Assembly (NCBI GenBank): GCA_025677605.1
Contig: GCA_025677605.1_4110.1
Strand: one strand, 5' to 3'
Length of the DNA stretch: 64,000 nucleotides
Origin: a phage
Position 1 is the first letter of the stretch. Every line of letters starts with the position of its first letter. The notes under the pieces are model-generated. The model was given only the letters and a program-made list of their open reading frames with translations. It was not told the DNA's origin and ran no database searches. Made by a program: the position numbers and the translations under genes. This document shows positions 11,841 to 21,047 of this stretch, piece after piece.

Positions 11841-12011
11841 TTAAACCTTACACCGAACTGACCATCTGCCATTTGTATAAGCAGAAAAATCACTCACAAT
11901 ACCCACATCTTTTAATACTTCCATTAAGGCTTCTATAAGATTTTGGGCTTCTTCTTGTGATTCTGAATTAAAGGCCAATTCTTGCAGGATACTTTTAATT
12001 ATTTCGTCCAT
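11841..12011 (-). CDS. small hypothetical protein (56 aa)
   Basis: Unlisted ORF (below track size cutoff): ATG at 12011 with GAGAGGGA RBS, in the 395-bp gap between sheath and tube genes. Confidence 0.3.
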   Translation of the reverse strand: MDEIIKSILQELAFNSESQEEAQNLIEALMEVLKDVGIVSDFSAYTNGRWSVRCKV

Positions 12012-12054
12012 ATATCCCTCTCACCTTACTGAATATATGGTATTTAATTTAAAC

Positions 12055-12081
12055 AATAAAAAAGGGAACCATATGGTTCCC
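12055..12081 (-). terminator. rho-independent terminator after the sheath gene
   Basis: Perfect 7-bp stem GGGAACC/GGTTCCC with ATAT loop, 8 nt after the sheath stop, followed by UUUUUU on the minus strand. Confidence 0.6.
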
Positions 12082-12089
12082 TTAGTGTG

Positions 12090-14753
12090 TTATTGAGTCT
12101 TTTCAATACGAATCGGTACGTAAATGAAGTTGATAGACTTAGTAGGTTGGATTGCGATATCCATCCAAAGTTCGTTACGGTCAATACGCTCGGAGGTGTT
12201 GTTACTTTCATCACAAACAACTGCGAAGTTATATAGACCTTGTTGTTGAACGATTTCAGCTAGGAAGCTATTAACTACACCACTGAATTCCTGACGAGTA
12301 CTTGGAGTATTCAAACGGAATAGGAATGGTTCAGAAATAATTTCTAGTTGACGACGAATATAAACAACTAAACGTGCAACGTTAACACGGCTTAATGCGG
12401 AAGTTTGGTTAGGAGATAGTGTTTTATCACCATATACTAGCAAACCACGATTTGGACGCATTGCAATTGGGTTAATGTTGTTGGTGTACATTACATCACG
12501 TTGACCTTGGTTATAAACTACTGGCTGATATTCACCTTCATCATTGATGAAGCCAACAGATGCAGCGTTTGTTACAACACCACGAGTAGTACCAGCAGGT
12601 GGATACCATACATAACTTACGCTGTCGCTGTATGCATAGGTACGCATTGCAATAGTACTGCCAGGAACTGCAACTTCTTCACCATCAACGTTAGTACTTA
12701 AGCACCAGCCCATATATTGAGCAGCATAATCATATGCAGTAGTACGACCAACATCACCATTACTTGGTGCGTTATTTGCGTTAGTTGCCCATTGTTGAAC
12801 AGCATTACCGTTACCAGTTGGGTTCAAACGTGCTGGAACATCAGTTACGATGAAAGCAGTTTCTTTACGGTCGGTGTTTAGGGTCACACACTCATCTAAA
12901 CATTCAACATAACCAGGAACAGAAATTAGGTTAAAGTCAATGAATTCAGAACGGATATCATCGTTTCCAACGATAACTGCATTTAGTGCTTCTACAACCA
13001 ATTGGCGTTGAGCAGCACGACCAAACAAGCCATTCCCATCAAGACCAACACCACTGACAACATGCCAAAATCCATCGATCATTTTCTTAACCACACCTTC
13101 AGTATTTCCAAGGTCGATTGCGAGCATACCGTTTTGGTATAGAGCAGCCGCTGGAACTTGTTCAGGGAAGTTAAAGTCTTTGAAGATCATACCGTTTAGT
13201 GTACTTTGATCAGTACTGTCAAGTTTAACCCACTCACCATTAACATTACGATAGAAATCGTAGCCATCAATACCTTGTGATTTAGGAGAAACCCAGATTG
13301 TACGGTCAGCAGCAGGTTCGTCAACTTGCACATATTTGTTAGCTTCGTCAACTTCAACCCATTTGTCATTAGCAACATCAGCTAGATACATGGTAACATT
13401 TAGATTATCAGAATTACTGAAATCATACCATAGAGTACCTTCTTTAGCGATACTACGTGGAACGTTACTATCAACACGGAAATTGTTAACGTTAATCAAA
13501 GCATAGTTATTACTATCAACAGTTAGTTTTGCAAATTCATCTTCATCAAATAGTACACTACCACTTTGTGCAGTTTTGAAACTATAACCTTTAGAACTAT
13601 TAATTACTAGGCCACCATTACTTTCTCTTTTAAATTTAAAGCCATCATTGATTAGTTCAGATGAAGCATTTAGATTGTCAAGAATAGTTTGGGTGTTGAT
13701 AACACCACCTAGTGCAACTGCTAGTACTTTAACAGTTTTGGTCAAATAAGAGAAAGTCAAGTAAGAATCTTGGTCTGCTTGAACAACTACAGTTTCACCA
13801 ACTGGAATCGCTGGAGCACTTAGTGCTGGTAGTTTTGCACTTTGAATATAGAAAGAGAAACTCTTACTATCCCAGTCAAAACGAGTAGCGATGAAGCTGT
13901 TATTTAGAACACCACTTTTGGATTCAATTTCTTGGAAACTGTTACCAGTGAATGCTTGTACTTGATTCCAAACTTGAGTTAGGGATGCATAACGTTTAAT
14001 AACAAAACGAGTACCGAAGTAATTAGCACCATTTTGAGTGTAACCATCACGAATCCAGATATTACCTTTCTCAACTGTATTACCTACTGGTACTTTGTTG
14101 ATTGGTGAAAGGTAAGTTTCAACTTGAACTAGACCAGATGCTGCACGTTTGTACATTAGCATTTGACCATTGCTTGGCTTATAACGTAGTACTAGATCGT
14201 CAACGTTAATACCAACTAGGCTAACATCACTAACTTCTTCAGCACTAACAATAGTTACTGGTTTTAGTTGCCAGTCATAGAAACTGGTTGGTGAATCCAC
14301 TTTAGAAACATATGCTTCAACTTGTGATTGAGCAACATCTAGCCACAATGTACCGTTTGGTACTGGACCAGTTGGAGCAGTAGCAGAAGGTGATAGTTGT
14401 GCCAAGTCGATATCTGCACGTACAACATAAGCACGGTTAGTAATACCAAGGTAAGAATAAGCAGCATGTAGGCCGTATTCGTTTAGTTCGTCACCTTGAA
14501 CAACTGAACCATTACTTGATTGAAAAATCGGTGTGCCGTAAGTGTCTAGTGAACTTTTCTGAGAAGTTAGAAGTTGCAACTTACCAGCATTTGCTTTTGT
14601 GGTTCCAGCAGCGATTGTGTTGCTACCTGGTACTAATTTATCTTCTGCGGTAGCAATGATGAATAGTGGTACTGTTCCAGGTGCGGAAGCAGTGCTCATA
14701 CTTTCATCAGTAACTGAAATGGAAACGCCAGGCGATAGGAGTTCTCCTGCCAT
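12090..14753 (-). CDS. tail sheath protein (887 aa)
   Basis: C-terminal domain (SRVNVARLVVYIRRQLE...FAVVCDES...IQPTKSINFIYVPIRIEK) matches the conserved contractile-sheath C-terminus as recalled from T4 gp18; strong RBS GGAGGA; tube gene follows. Confidence 0.85.
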   Translation of the reverse strand: MAGELLSPGVSISVTDESMSTASAPGTVPLFIIATAEDKLVPGSNTIAAGTTKANAGKLQLLTSQKSSLDTYGTPIFQSSNGSVVQGDELNEYGLHAAYSYLGITNRAYVVRADIDLAQLSPSATAPTGPVPNGTLWLDVAQSQVEAYVSKVDSPTSFYDWQLKPVTIVSAEEVSDVSLVGINVDDLVLRYKPSNGQMLMYKRAASGLVQVETYLSPINKVPVGNTVEKGNIWIRDGYTQNGANYFGTRFVIKRYASLTQVWNQVQAFTGNSFQEIESKSGVLNNSFIATRFDWDSKSFSFYIQSAKLPALSAPAIPVGETVVVQADQDSYLTFSYLTKTVKVLAVALGGVINTQTILDNLNASSELINDGFKFKRESNGGLVINSSKGYSFKTAQSGSVLFDEDEFAKLTVDSNNYALINVNNFRVDSNVPRSIAKEGTLWYDFSNSDNLNVTMYLADVANDKWVEVDEANKYVQVDEPAADRTIWVSPKSQGIDGYDFYRNVNGEWVKLDSTDQSTLNGMIFKDFNFPEQVPAAALYQNGMLAIDLGNTEGVVKKMIDGFWHVVSGVGLDGNGLFGRAAQRQLVVEALNAVIVGNDDIRSEFIDFNLISVPGYVECLDECVTLNTDRKETAFIVTDVPARLNPTGNGNAVQQWATNANNAPSNGDVGRTTAYDYAAQYMGWCLSTNVDGEEVAVPGSTIAMRTYAYSDSVSYVWYPPAGTTRGVVTNAASVGFINDEGEYQPVVYNQGQRDVMYTNNINPIAMRPNRGLLVYGDKTLSPNQTSALSRVNVARLVVYIRRQLEIISEPFLFRLNTPSTRQEFSGVVNSFLAEIVQQQGLYNFAVVCDESNNTSERIDRNELWMDIAIQPTKSINFIYVPIRIEKTQ

Positions 14754-14847
14754 ATTAAATCCTCCAAAAATAATTGGTTATTCGAATATATTTCGTATAG
14801 TCTTATTTATTGGTGGATTTAATTGACTTGAGCTAATTGATTTTTTA

Positions 14848-15474
14848 TCAGTTTTTCGTATAAATAATATCCAGTGCTTTGTTTTCTAGGTCTTTTATAG
14901 TTCCATTATTCTTGATAATATAATGTGGGTTGTTAATACCAATCCATGCCCATTCAGATTCATGTACTGATTCCAGTTCAACTGGTTTCATTTGGATATC
15001 ACCTTTATTGTATGATGCTGCTAGACCATACCAGAATGGTAAATTGCGTTGAACTTCAATGATGATACCGTTATTTTCACGAATCATTTTCAATTCATTT
15101 GGAAAACGACAATCAGTAATGATAATGTTACCTTCTATGTCCATCATAGAACGTTCTAAACTGAATACCCAAATGTCATTATGCAAATAACGACGAACTA
15201 CATTAGTACCGTAATTTTGCAGTACCCAACGTGGTGAAACATCATCACGTCCTAATTTATTACACCAGTACTGATCCGGTTGTTCACGAATAGCACGACC
15301 TTCTTTAGTAGTTCCTTCTAGCATTTCCCTGTCCCAGCCAAAAATAGCTGCAACTGAATCTTTCAGGTTCTTTGCAAACGACATACGGGTATATCCATTA
15401 TCGATGAATGTTTTAGCGTATGTATCTTTACCACTTCCTATTGAGCCATTGATGGCTACGATTTTTCTTTCCAT
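14848..15474 (-). CDS. deoxynucleoside monophosphate kinase (T4 gene 1-like)
   Basis: P-loop GSIGSGKDT at the N-terminus and overall resemblance to the T4 dNMP kinase pattern; 208 aa. Confidence 0.65.
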   Translation of the reverse strand: MERKIVAINGSIGSGKDTYAKTFIDNGYTRMSFAKNLKDSVAAIFGWDREMLEGTTKEGRAIREQPDQYWCNKLGRDDVSPRWVLQNYGTNVVRRYLHNDIWVFSLERSMMDIEGNIIITDCRFPNELKMIRENNGIIIEVQRNLPFWYGLAASYNKGDIQMKPVELESVHESEWAWIGINNPHYIIKNNGTIKDLENKALDIIYTKN

Positions 15475-15476
15475 AG

Positions 15477-15734
15477 TTACACTTCCTTCATATATTCATC
15501 ACCAACTAAGCTTCTAACTATATCAATAATAGTTTCATTACCGTTGTATACTGACACATATACAACATAAAATGTTTTTCCATTATCATCCCTGCATATA
15601 CTTGCCCATGCGTTAATTACATCCCTGGTGAATACATCAACTAATGCATTTTTGATAAATCGCCAGTACTGTTCTGATTCGAAATAATTGTCGCTTAATT
15701 TTCCACATCTGAATTTTGCATATTCAATTGTCAT
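15477..15734 (-). CDS. hypothetical protein (about 85 aa)
   Basis: ORF in track trimmed to ATG at 15734, because the longer version would run through a terminator hairpin; the ATG sits inside a GTGATATAATG motif, so the start is uncertain. Confidence 0.35.
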   Translation of the reverse strand: MTIEYAKFRCGKLSDNYFESEQYWRFIKNALVDVFTRDVINAWASICRDDNGKTFYVVYVSVYNGNETIIDIVRSLVGDEYMKEV

Positions 15735-15750
15735 TATATCACCGTATATG

Positions 15751-15779
15751 AAAAAAGACCCCAACATGGAGTCTTTTTT
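15751..15779 (-). terminator. rho-independent terminator
   Basis: Minus-strand hairpin AAAGACUCC-AUGUU-GGGGUCUUU followed by UUUUUU, just after the stop of CDS 15784-16575. Confidence 0.5.
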
Positions 15780-15783
15780 TATT

Positions 15784-16575
15784 TTAACCAATAATCATAC
15801 CAAGTGGTTCACCACCATCTTTGTATCTCTTCAACTGTTCTTTAAGTTGTTCCTGGAGTTGCATACCTTCATTACGAAGTGTATCACCATCCATTGAAAA
15901 TGTTCCTTGTGGTCCTGGTAAAGAAGCAAACTTAGCACGGTTGCGACCTAACATAATCATCGCTTCCGATAAAGCCCAATCACGAAGCCACGGATAACTC
16001 ATTTGACGTTGGAATAGTAGTGGTTCTGGGATGTTATGATACACATGAACCAGTACTTCTTCTGTGCCGCGAATATCACGGTCAATAACCAGTTTCTTAG
16101 TCATAGGGTTAAACTGGAAAATAATCTCACGTCCAAACATACGTCCTACTAATTCCTGAAACTGGAAACTGAAGTCATAGGTTGTTAAATCATAACCACC
16201 AGCGTTGCGAGCAGACGTTAGTAGATATGTGTTTGTAAATGCAATTGAAAATGGATCAACTGAGTTACCACTACCAGAACTCAAATAACCATTACCATAA
16301 CGATAAATTTTCTTAACAATTTCCACTTCAGTTGGTAACATGTAAACTGATTGAGAATCATAGAATTTCATGCTTAAAAAAGCTTCTTCTTTTGATGCAG
16401 AACTCCATGCTCTGTAGTTTGATACCGCATTATCGATTGCGATTTCTAATTGTCCATCAGTAATTTCAACTTCAACAGCACCAGCACCCAACATTTGTGT
16501 AATCACATCTTTTAATTTTTCACGGTGATCGTAATTTGGGGCATCTGGATTTCCACCCATATAGTCATATGACAT
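15784..16575 (-). CDS. hypothetical protein, possibly virion-associated (263 aa)
   Basis: ORF in track; ATG at 16575 with the SD AGAGGTG lying in the 3' arm of the upstream terminator hairpin. Confidence 0.5.
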   Translation of the reverse strand: MSYDYMGGNPDAPNYDHREKLKDVITQMLGAGAVEVEITDGQLEIAIDNAVSNYRAWSSASKEEAFLSMKFYDSQSVYMLPTEVEIVKKIYRYGNGYLSSGSGNSVDPFSIAFTNTYLLTSARNAGGYDLTTYDFSFQFQELVGRMFGREIIFQFNPMTKKLVIDRDIRGTEEVLVHVYHNIPEPLLFQRQMSYPWLRDWALSEAMIMLGRNRAKFASLPGPQGTFSMDGDTLRNEGMQLQEQLKEQLKRYKDGGEPLGMIIG

Positions 16576-16620
16576 AAAAAAGCACCTCTTTAATGTTTAT
16601 ATACATTATTTAGAGGTGCT
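16576..16620 (-). terminator. terminator/attenuator hairpin embedding the downstream SD
   Basis: 9-bp perfect stem AGCACCTCT/AGAGGTGCT with 22-nt loop, followed on the minus strand by UUUUUU then AUG at 16575. Confidence 0.45.
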
Positions 16621-16626
16621 ATTGAT

Positions 16627-16839
16627 TTAGCTTAGTCTATCGTACCAACAACGCAAATAAACTAAGTTAACAAAGTGTTCAGTATCTATCATATCAAGGA
16701 AACCAAATATACTAACTGAATATATATGTTTCCCATCATGATAGTATATTATATAGTCTTGATTTGGCTCAATCCAGTAATGAGTATTTCCGACTATTAA
16801 TTTATGATTATAAACACCTGTTAAAAGATGATCGCTCAT
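16627..16839 (-). CDS. hypothetical protein (70 aa)
   Basis: ORF in track; TAATG overlap with the upstream gene. Confidence 0.4.
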   Translation of the reverse strand: MSDHLLTGVYNHKLIVGNTHYWIEPNQDYIIYYHDGKHIYSVSIFGFLDMIDTEHFVNLVYLRCWYDRLS

Positions 16840-17216
16840 TAACTTATCTTTGTACAGTTAGTGACAATGTGTTCAATATCTTTTTTAGTGAAGGGGCCGA
16901 GTACTAGAACCTCTTCCCCATTACCAAACATACTTAGTGGTACTGACTGCTGATTCGCAAGATATTCAATCTGCATCATTTCATCCATGTCATCTGCTTC
17001 ATAGACAACTTGTTCCAGTTCATTGTCTTTAATCCATGAATCCCAATGAGCTTTAAACTGTTTGGCTTCATATTCTTGAACATAGTTAGGGGATGCTGGG
17101 TTGTACTGATGTAGCATAGTCATGCCAGCCATAACCAATTCTTTTGGTGATGGGGTTTTACCTTTCAGTACTACGATAGCTTGAATAGTTTTTGCTTTCA
17201 CTTCATTAGCAGCCAT
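16839..17216 (-). CDS. hypothetical protein (125 aa)
   Basis: ORF in track; ATG at 17216. Confidence 0.45.
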   Translation of the reverse strand: MAANEVKAKTIQAIVVLKGKTPSPKELVMAGMTMLHQYNPASPNYVQEYEAKQFKAHWDSWIKDNELEQVVYEADDMDEMMQIEYLANQQSVPLSMFGNGEEVLVLGPFTKKDIEHIVTNCTKIS

Positions 17217-17228
17217 TTTATACCTCTA

Positions 17229-17537
17229 TTATAGGATGATTTTGTTGTCAGGGACAATCAACGCTGGCTTATCTTCTAGAGTCTTAATTGCTTCAACATA
17301 AGCATCAACCAGTGCAGGGTTTGCATCACTGATACTGATGATGTTAGATTTGAAGAAAATAACACCTTTTTCTGAACTAATAAATTCTAGATAATCACGT
17401 AGAATGATTTCACCTTTTTCGTCAGTACCTAGCTGTGCTGGGTAGTTAACTACTACTGCTTCTGGAGCATCGGTTTGTAGAACTGCTAGTACTGGGCCAA
17501 CGTTGTTGATGTTTAGTAGTTTAACGGTAATAGTCAT
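17229..17537 (-). CDS. hypothetical protein (about 103 aa)
   Basis: Track ORF trimmed to internal ATG at 17537 (RBS AAAAGGA) to remove a 130-nt overlap with the macro-domain gene. Confidence 0.4.
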   Translation of the reverse strand: MTITVKLLNINNVGPVLAVLQTDAPEAVVVNYPAQLGTDEKGEIILRDYLEFISSEKGVIFFKSNIISISDANPALVDAYVEAIKTLEDKPALIVPDNKIIL

Positions 17538-17556
17538 TTTTGTCAAGTCCTTTTGT

Positions 17557-18033
17557 TTATTTGAGAATATATAAATGTTTTTCAGCATTAACCAGCCTGT
17601 GGTCAATGATTTCTTTGATAACGTTCCAGTTACCACCGCCCAAATCGGCTCCAATTTTCGGAAAGTGTACATGAACATTTCGTTCAATTTTACAGAAAAA
17701 ATTCAAATGCATGAAAACGTCATCAATGGCATCATAGCTTACGTATTTTGCACCATCAGTTCCGTACCATTTTTGAGTAATGCAGTTTGCGATAATCAAA
17801 TCATCATTAATTGCTGAATATGCAATTTGTCCGGTTCTTAGAAAACCCATTCTCTTTTCATATTCTTTATAATCATCATATGCCTTTGGGTACTGCATTC
17901 TGAGTTCTTTTGCAAAACCAGAACCCATTTTACCTTGAGCATTACAACCATGAGCTATAATATGTAATGCAGTATGATCATCAGTTACAGTACTGAATAA
18001 TTCAAACAGATTACCGTGATGTTCATGTATCAT
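17557..18033 (-). CDS. macro domain protein (ADP-ribose binding/processing)
   Basis: Macro-like motifs HIIAHGCNAQGKMGSGFA and C-terminal FPKIGADLGGGNW; ATG at 18033 with GGAG RBS (the track start at 18069 is TTG). Confidence 0.6.
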   Translation of the reverse strand: MIHEHHGNLFELFSTVTDDHTALHIIAHGCNAQGKMGSGFAKELRMQYPKAYDDYKEYEKRMGFLRTGQIAYSAINDDLIIANCITQKWYGTDGAKYVSYDAIDDVFMHLNFFCKIERNVHVHFPKIGADLGGGNWNVIKEIIDHRLVNAEKHLYILK

Positions 18034-18087
18034 GTGTTCTCCGAAAAGAAAAGGACTCGAATATATCAAGTCCTTTATATTATTAGG

Positions 18088-18330
18088 TTATTCTTCTTCA
18101 CCGAAACGAATTTTCTTCAATTCTTTTCGATGCTTTCTTGCTATTGTACTTTTGTGAAGTCTATTACTACGTTTTGTGTCTTTTTCAATATACCAGCTAT
18201 CTTCTGGTGGATTGAAGTCACAATAACCATCTTCCGTAATTGTTCCTAAGAATGCAGATTTTTTAGGAATATTTGTTTGAGCTTTAGTCTGAAATTGACC
18301 TTTTGCTAATTGTTCACGAAAACTGAGCAT
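18088..18330 (-). CDS. hypothetical protein (about 80 aa)
   Basis: ORF in track; ATG at 18330 with GGGAGA RBS. Confidence 0.4.
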   Translation of the reverse strand: MLSFREQLAKGQFQTKAQTNIPKKSAFLGTITEDGYCDFNPPEDSWYIEKDTKRSNRLHKSTIARKHRKELKKIRFGEEE

Positions 18331-18380
18331 AATAGTATCTCCCAAATTGTTAAGAAGAACTTGTTGTTCTTCAATATTAT

Positions 18381-18620
18381 TTAGGGGTTTTTTACAACCT
18401 CATGTGAAGCAATAAATGCTAAAATATCATCTTTACTAAACACTTCAATAATGTGAGAAATAGCAGCATCGTATTCTTCACGTCTTGATGTGTATTCTTT
18501 CATTTCATGAATTTTCTTTTGAGCTTTTTGTTTTGATTGGTTGATATCTGGAGTTTCAAATTTAACTCCCAAACTGTCAGCCAATGCACGTGCTCGTGAT
18601 GATACCTTATCGATATTCAT
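18381..18620 (-). CDS. hypothetical protein (79 aa)
   Basis: ORF in track. Confidence 0.4.
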   Translation of the reverse strand: MNIDKVSSRARALADSLGVKFETPDINQSKQKAQKKIHEMKEYTSRREEYDAAISHIIEVFSKDDILAFIASHEVVKNP

Positions 18621-18868
18621 TAGTTCCAGCGACCTTCTTTTAGCCCGTTAACAAAACCAGTACATCCACCAGGAACATACTCATCATTTACGAAAATTTG
18701 TGGAACTTGACGAACTGGCTCACCGCAAATTTCTGATAGTTTAGCACCATCAATACCTTCAGAAACCACATCGATAAAATCCATTTCAAATGAATTGTTC
18801 TCACAAATTGCTTTTGCTGTATCACAGAAATTACAACCAGTCGTGCGACCATAAATTTTCACTTTCAT
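18620..18868 (-). CDS. glutaredoxin/NrdC-like thiol-disulfide oxidoreductase
   Basis: CxxC active site (CNFC) near the N-terminus, 82 aa, C-terminal VPQIFVNDEYVPGG pattern typical of phage glutaredoxins. Confidence 0.65.
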   Translation of the reverse strand: MKVKIYGRTTGCNFCDTAKAICENNSFEMDFIDVVSEGIDGAKLSEICGEPVRQVPQIFVNDEYVPGGCTGFVNGLKEGRWN

Positions 18869-18872
18869 ATAA

Positions 18873-19289
18873 CTATCCTTTATTTTTTTGAAACAATTTA
18901 ACAGCTTTAATTATACTGTTACACATTCGTTCGGTCAAATACTTTTGACAATCTTGAACATCAATGTACATGAATTTATCCAATTCTGGATGGCTTTTAC
19001 CATATCGATTGGTATAAGTACTGTTACACTTCAGTTCATCCGGTTCGGGTTTGTATTTAGCTGTATAGAAAAATAAAACTAATCTTTTCCCTTTCCTGTA
19101 TGATACATCACCTAATAAGAGAAGATCCTTTTCATCAATCTCAAATCCTGTTTCTTCATAGCACTCACGAACAGCAGCTTCAGCAAATGTTTCATTGCCC
19201 TCGGTTTTACCTTTTGGTAAATCCCAATGCTTCTGTCCGTGTTGTGTGTCCAACAAGTATCTGACCATCACGATAAAATATAATGCCAC
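18873..19289 (-). CDS. NUDIX hydrolase
   Basis: Canonical Nudix box GKTEGNETFAEAAVRECYEETGF (GX5EX7REUXEEXGU). Confidence 0.8.
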   Translation of the reverse strand: MALYFIVMVRYLLDTQHGQKHWDLPKGKTEGNETFAEAAVRECYEETGFEIDEKDLLLLGDVSYRKGKRLVLFFYTAKYKPEPDELKCNSTYTNRYGKSHPELDKFMYIDVQDCQKYLTERMCNSIIKAVKLFQKNKG

Positions 19290-19341
19290 AACTATAACGC
19301 ATAATCTTATCTCTTAATAGCAATGATGCCCAGATACAATT

Positions 19342-19350
19342 ATTATATCA
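19342..19350 (-). promoter_or_regulatory. extended -10 element TGaTATAAT (no clear -35)
   Basis: Minus-strand TGATATAAT about 50 nt upstream of the NUDIX ATG, in the 86-bp gap after the CCA gene; same 9-mer as the consensus promoters at 3524 and 3617. Confidence 0.3.
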
Positions 19351-19375
19351 GAAGTCGTTCTCTTTTCCCAGAGTT

Positions 19376-20488
19376 TTAAAACATTTGTTGAATTGCTTCA
19401 CAACGTAAAACTGAAACAAAATCACGGATTTCAGATGCTTCTAACTCACCGTCTTTTACCAGTTGTTGAATATCTGGAAGTACTACATCAGTGTAACGAT
19501 CATATACCTTAATGATTAAATCTTCAAGGTCTAAATCAATCTCTTTACGTAGAATAAAATATTCCAGTACTTTGTAAAGGAATTCTTCACCGCCGTTATT
19601 CTTGATATTCATATCCAGTAATAATTGTCCCATTTCATTTGGGGTCTTTTTACGGAATGCCTTGATATCATCACGGAAACGTTTGATGTAATTACTGAAT
19701 TTAACGTACTTAACGGGCATTTTAATAGCACCATTCAGTACTGAATCCTCACCAATTTCTTCTTTCTCAAGAAGCACAGACCATAAGAAATATGGCTTAT
19801 ATGCTTCAGTACAATTATCAGAGATATGATCAATGAGTTCCAATGACTTTTTGGTTAATGTAGCATTAAATGCTTTTTCATAGTAACCAAACTTACTTAG
19901 TGTTTTAAGGAACTTAGCTGGCTTTTCTTCTGACAGTGCTTTTTCAAATTCAACATAAACACGGTCTGGAACAAGGTGATTTAGCTCACCAGACGCTACC
20001 ATATCGATTGCAAGTGCTTCAGTAGTCTCGTGTATAGAGAAATCAGAATAACGCGTAGCAAAGCGAGCTAGACGTAATACACGCAATGGATCTTCTTTGA
20101 AGTGTTCGGATACATGACGTAGTACTTTATTCTTGATATCAGCTTTACCACCGTATGGGTCGATGTGAATTTGCAGTACTGGATCATACGCGATTGCATT
20201 AATTGTAAGATCACGACGATACAAATCTTGTTCCAGTGTTACACCTTTTGTATCCACTTCGAAGCCACCGTATCCAGTACCAGTTTTTCGTTCAGTACGG
20301 GCTAATGCGTGTTCGTTACCTTCTGGGCTTAGATAAACTGGAAAATCTTTACCAACCTGTTTATATCCAATACTTTCTAAGTATTTGATATCAGATTCAG
20401 TTGCACCAACAATGACATAATCTTTGTCCTTTGCACGAATGCCCATTAGACGGTCGCGGCAGTATCCACCAACAAGGTATTTTTTCAT
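19376..20488 (-). CDS. cca: tRNA nucleotidyltransferase (CCA-adding enzyme)
   Basis: N-terminal LVGGYCRDRLMG with DxD-type nucleotidyltransferase motif; about 370 aa; ATG at 20488 with GGGAGAA RBS. Confidence 0.8.
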   Translation of the reverse strand: MKKYLVGGYCRDRLMGIRAKDKDYVIVGATESDIKYLESIGYKQVGKDFPVYLSPEGNEHALARTERKTGTGYGGFEVDTKGVTLEQDLYRRDLTINAIAYDPVLQIHIDPYGGKADIKNKVLRHVSEHFKEDPLRVLRLARFATRYSDFSIHETTEALAIDMVASGELNHLVPDRVYVEFEKALSEEKPAKFLKTLSKFGYYEKAFNATLTKKSLELIDHISDNCTEAYKPYFLWSVLLEKEEIGEDSVLNGAIKMPVKYVKFSNYIKRFRDDIKAFRKKTPNEMGQLLLDMNIKNNGGEEFLYKVLEYFILRKEIDLDLEDLIIKVYDRYTDVVLPDIQQLVKDGELEASEIRDFVSVLRCEAIQQMF

Positions 20489-20624
20489 TCTTATTCTCCC
20501 ATCAACCAATCACGCAGACTTTCCCAGAAGCCTTTTGGCTTGTATTCTGGAACTTGATATTCGTCGGTTCCTTGTTCAGAAACACCCCAATCTTCTTCTA
20601 ACATTGCAATCATAAAGCCTCCAA

Positions 20625-21047
20625 TTAAATTAATCTGTCACGCAAGCGGGATTCATATTGTTTATGTATAGATAGTATATACTGAAATGAAGAATAGTCA
20701 ATACCAAATGTGTCATCAATGAACATATACTGGGCCAGTACTTCAGGTCCATCATCAACTACAGGCAATGAACCTGCTTTTTTTTCTAACACATTCCATG
20801 CAAACTCATCGGAAGTATCAAATCTATGGTATTGTAGTTCTATCTTACTTTTTCTTAGTATAATTAATAATTCATCACCATCATCATATGCATTACGGAT
20901 TTTAATACGTACTGTTCCTTGTAACTGGTTAGTATACATTACGCGATATTGGTTGTATGTGACTAAACCACGTCTTTCAGTACTGAACTCTTGTTCAGAA
21001 AAGTACTTTAACGTTTCGTTGAATTTGGGTATTTTAGTAACGTCCAA
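20625..21047 (-). CDS. hypothetical protein, tandem paralogue A (140 aa)
   Basis: C-terminal region (QYMFIDDTFGIDYSSFQYILSIHKQYE) is paralogous to the next gene; apparent TTG start at 21047 with GAGGA RBS. Confidence 0.45.
   Translation of the reverse strand: MDVTKIPKFNETLKYFSEQEFSTERRGLVTYNQYRVMYTNQLQGTVRIKIRNAYDDGDELLIILRKSKIELQYHRFDTSDEFAWNVLEKKAGSLPVVDDGPEVLAQYMFIDDTFGIDYSSFQYILSIHKQYESRLRDRLI

Noticed and set aside
17538-17687. Long version of ORF 17229-17687 overlapping the macro-domain gene by 130 nt
   Set aside because: An internal ATG at 17537 with a good RBS removes the overlap; the extended N-terminus has no support.
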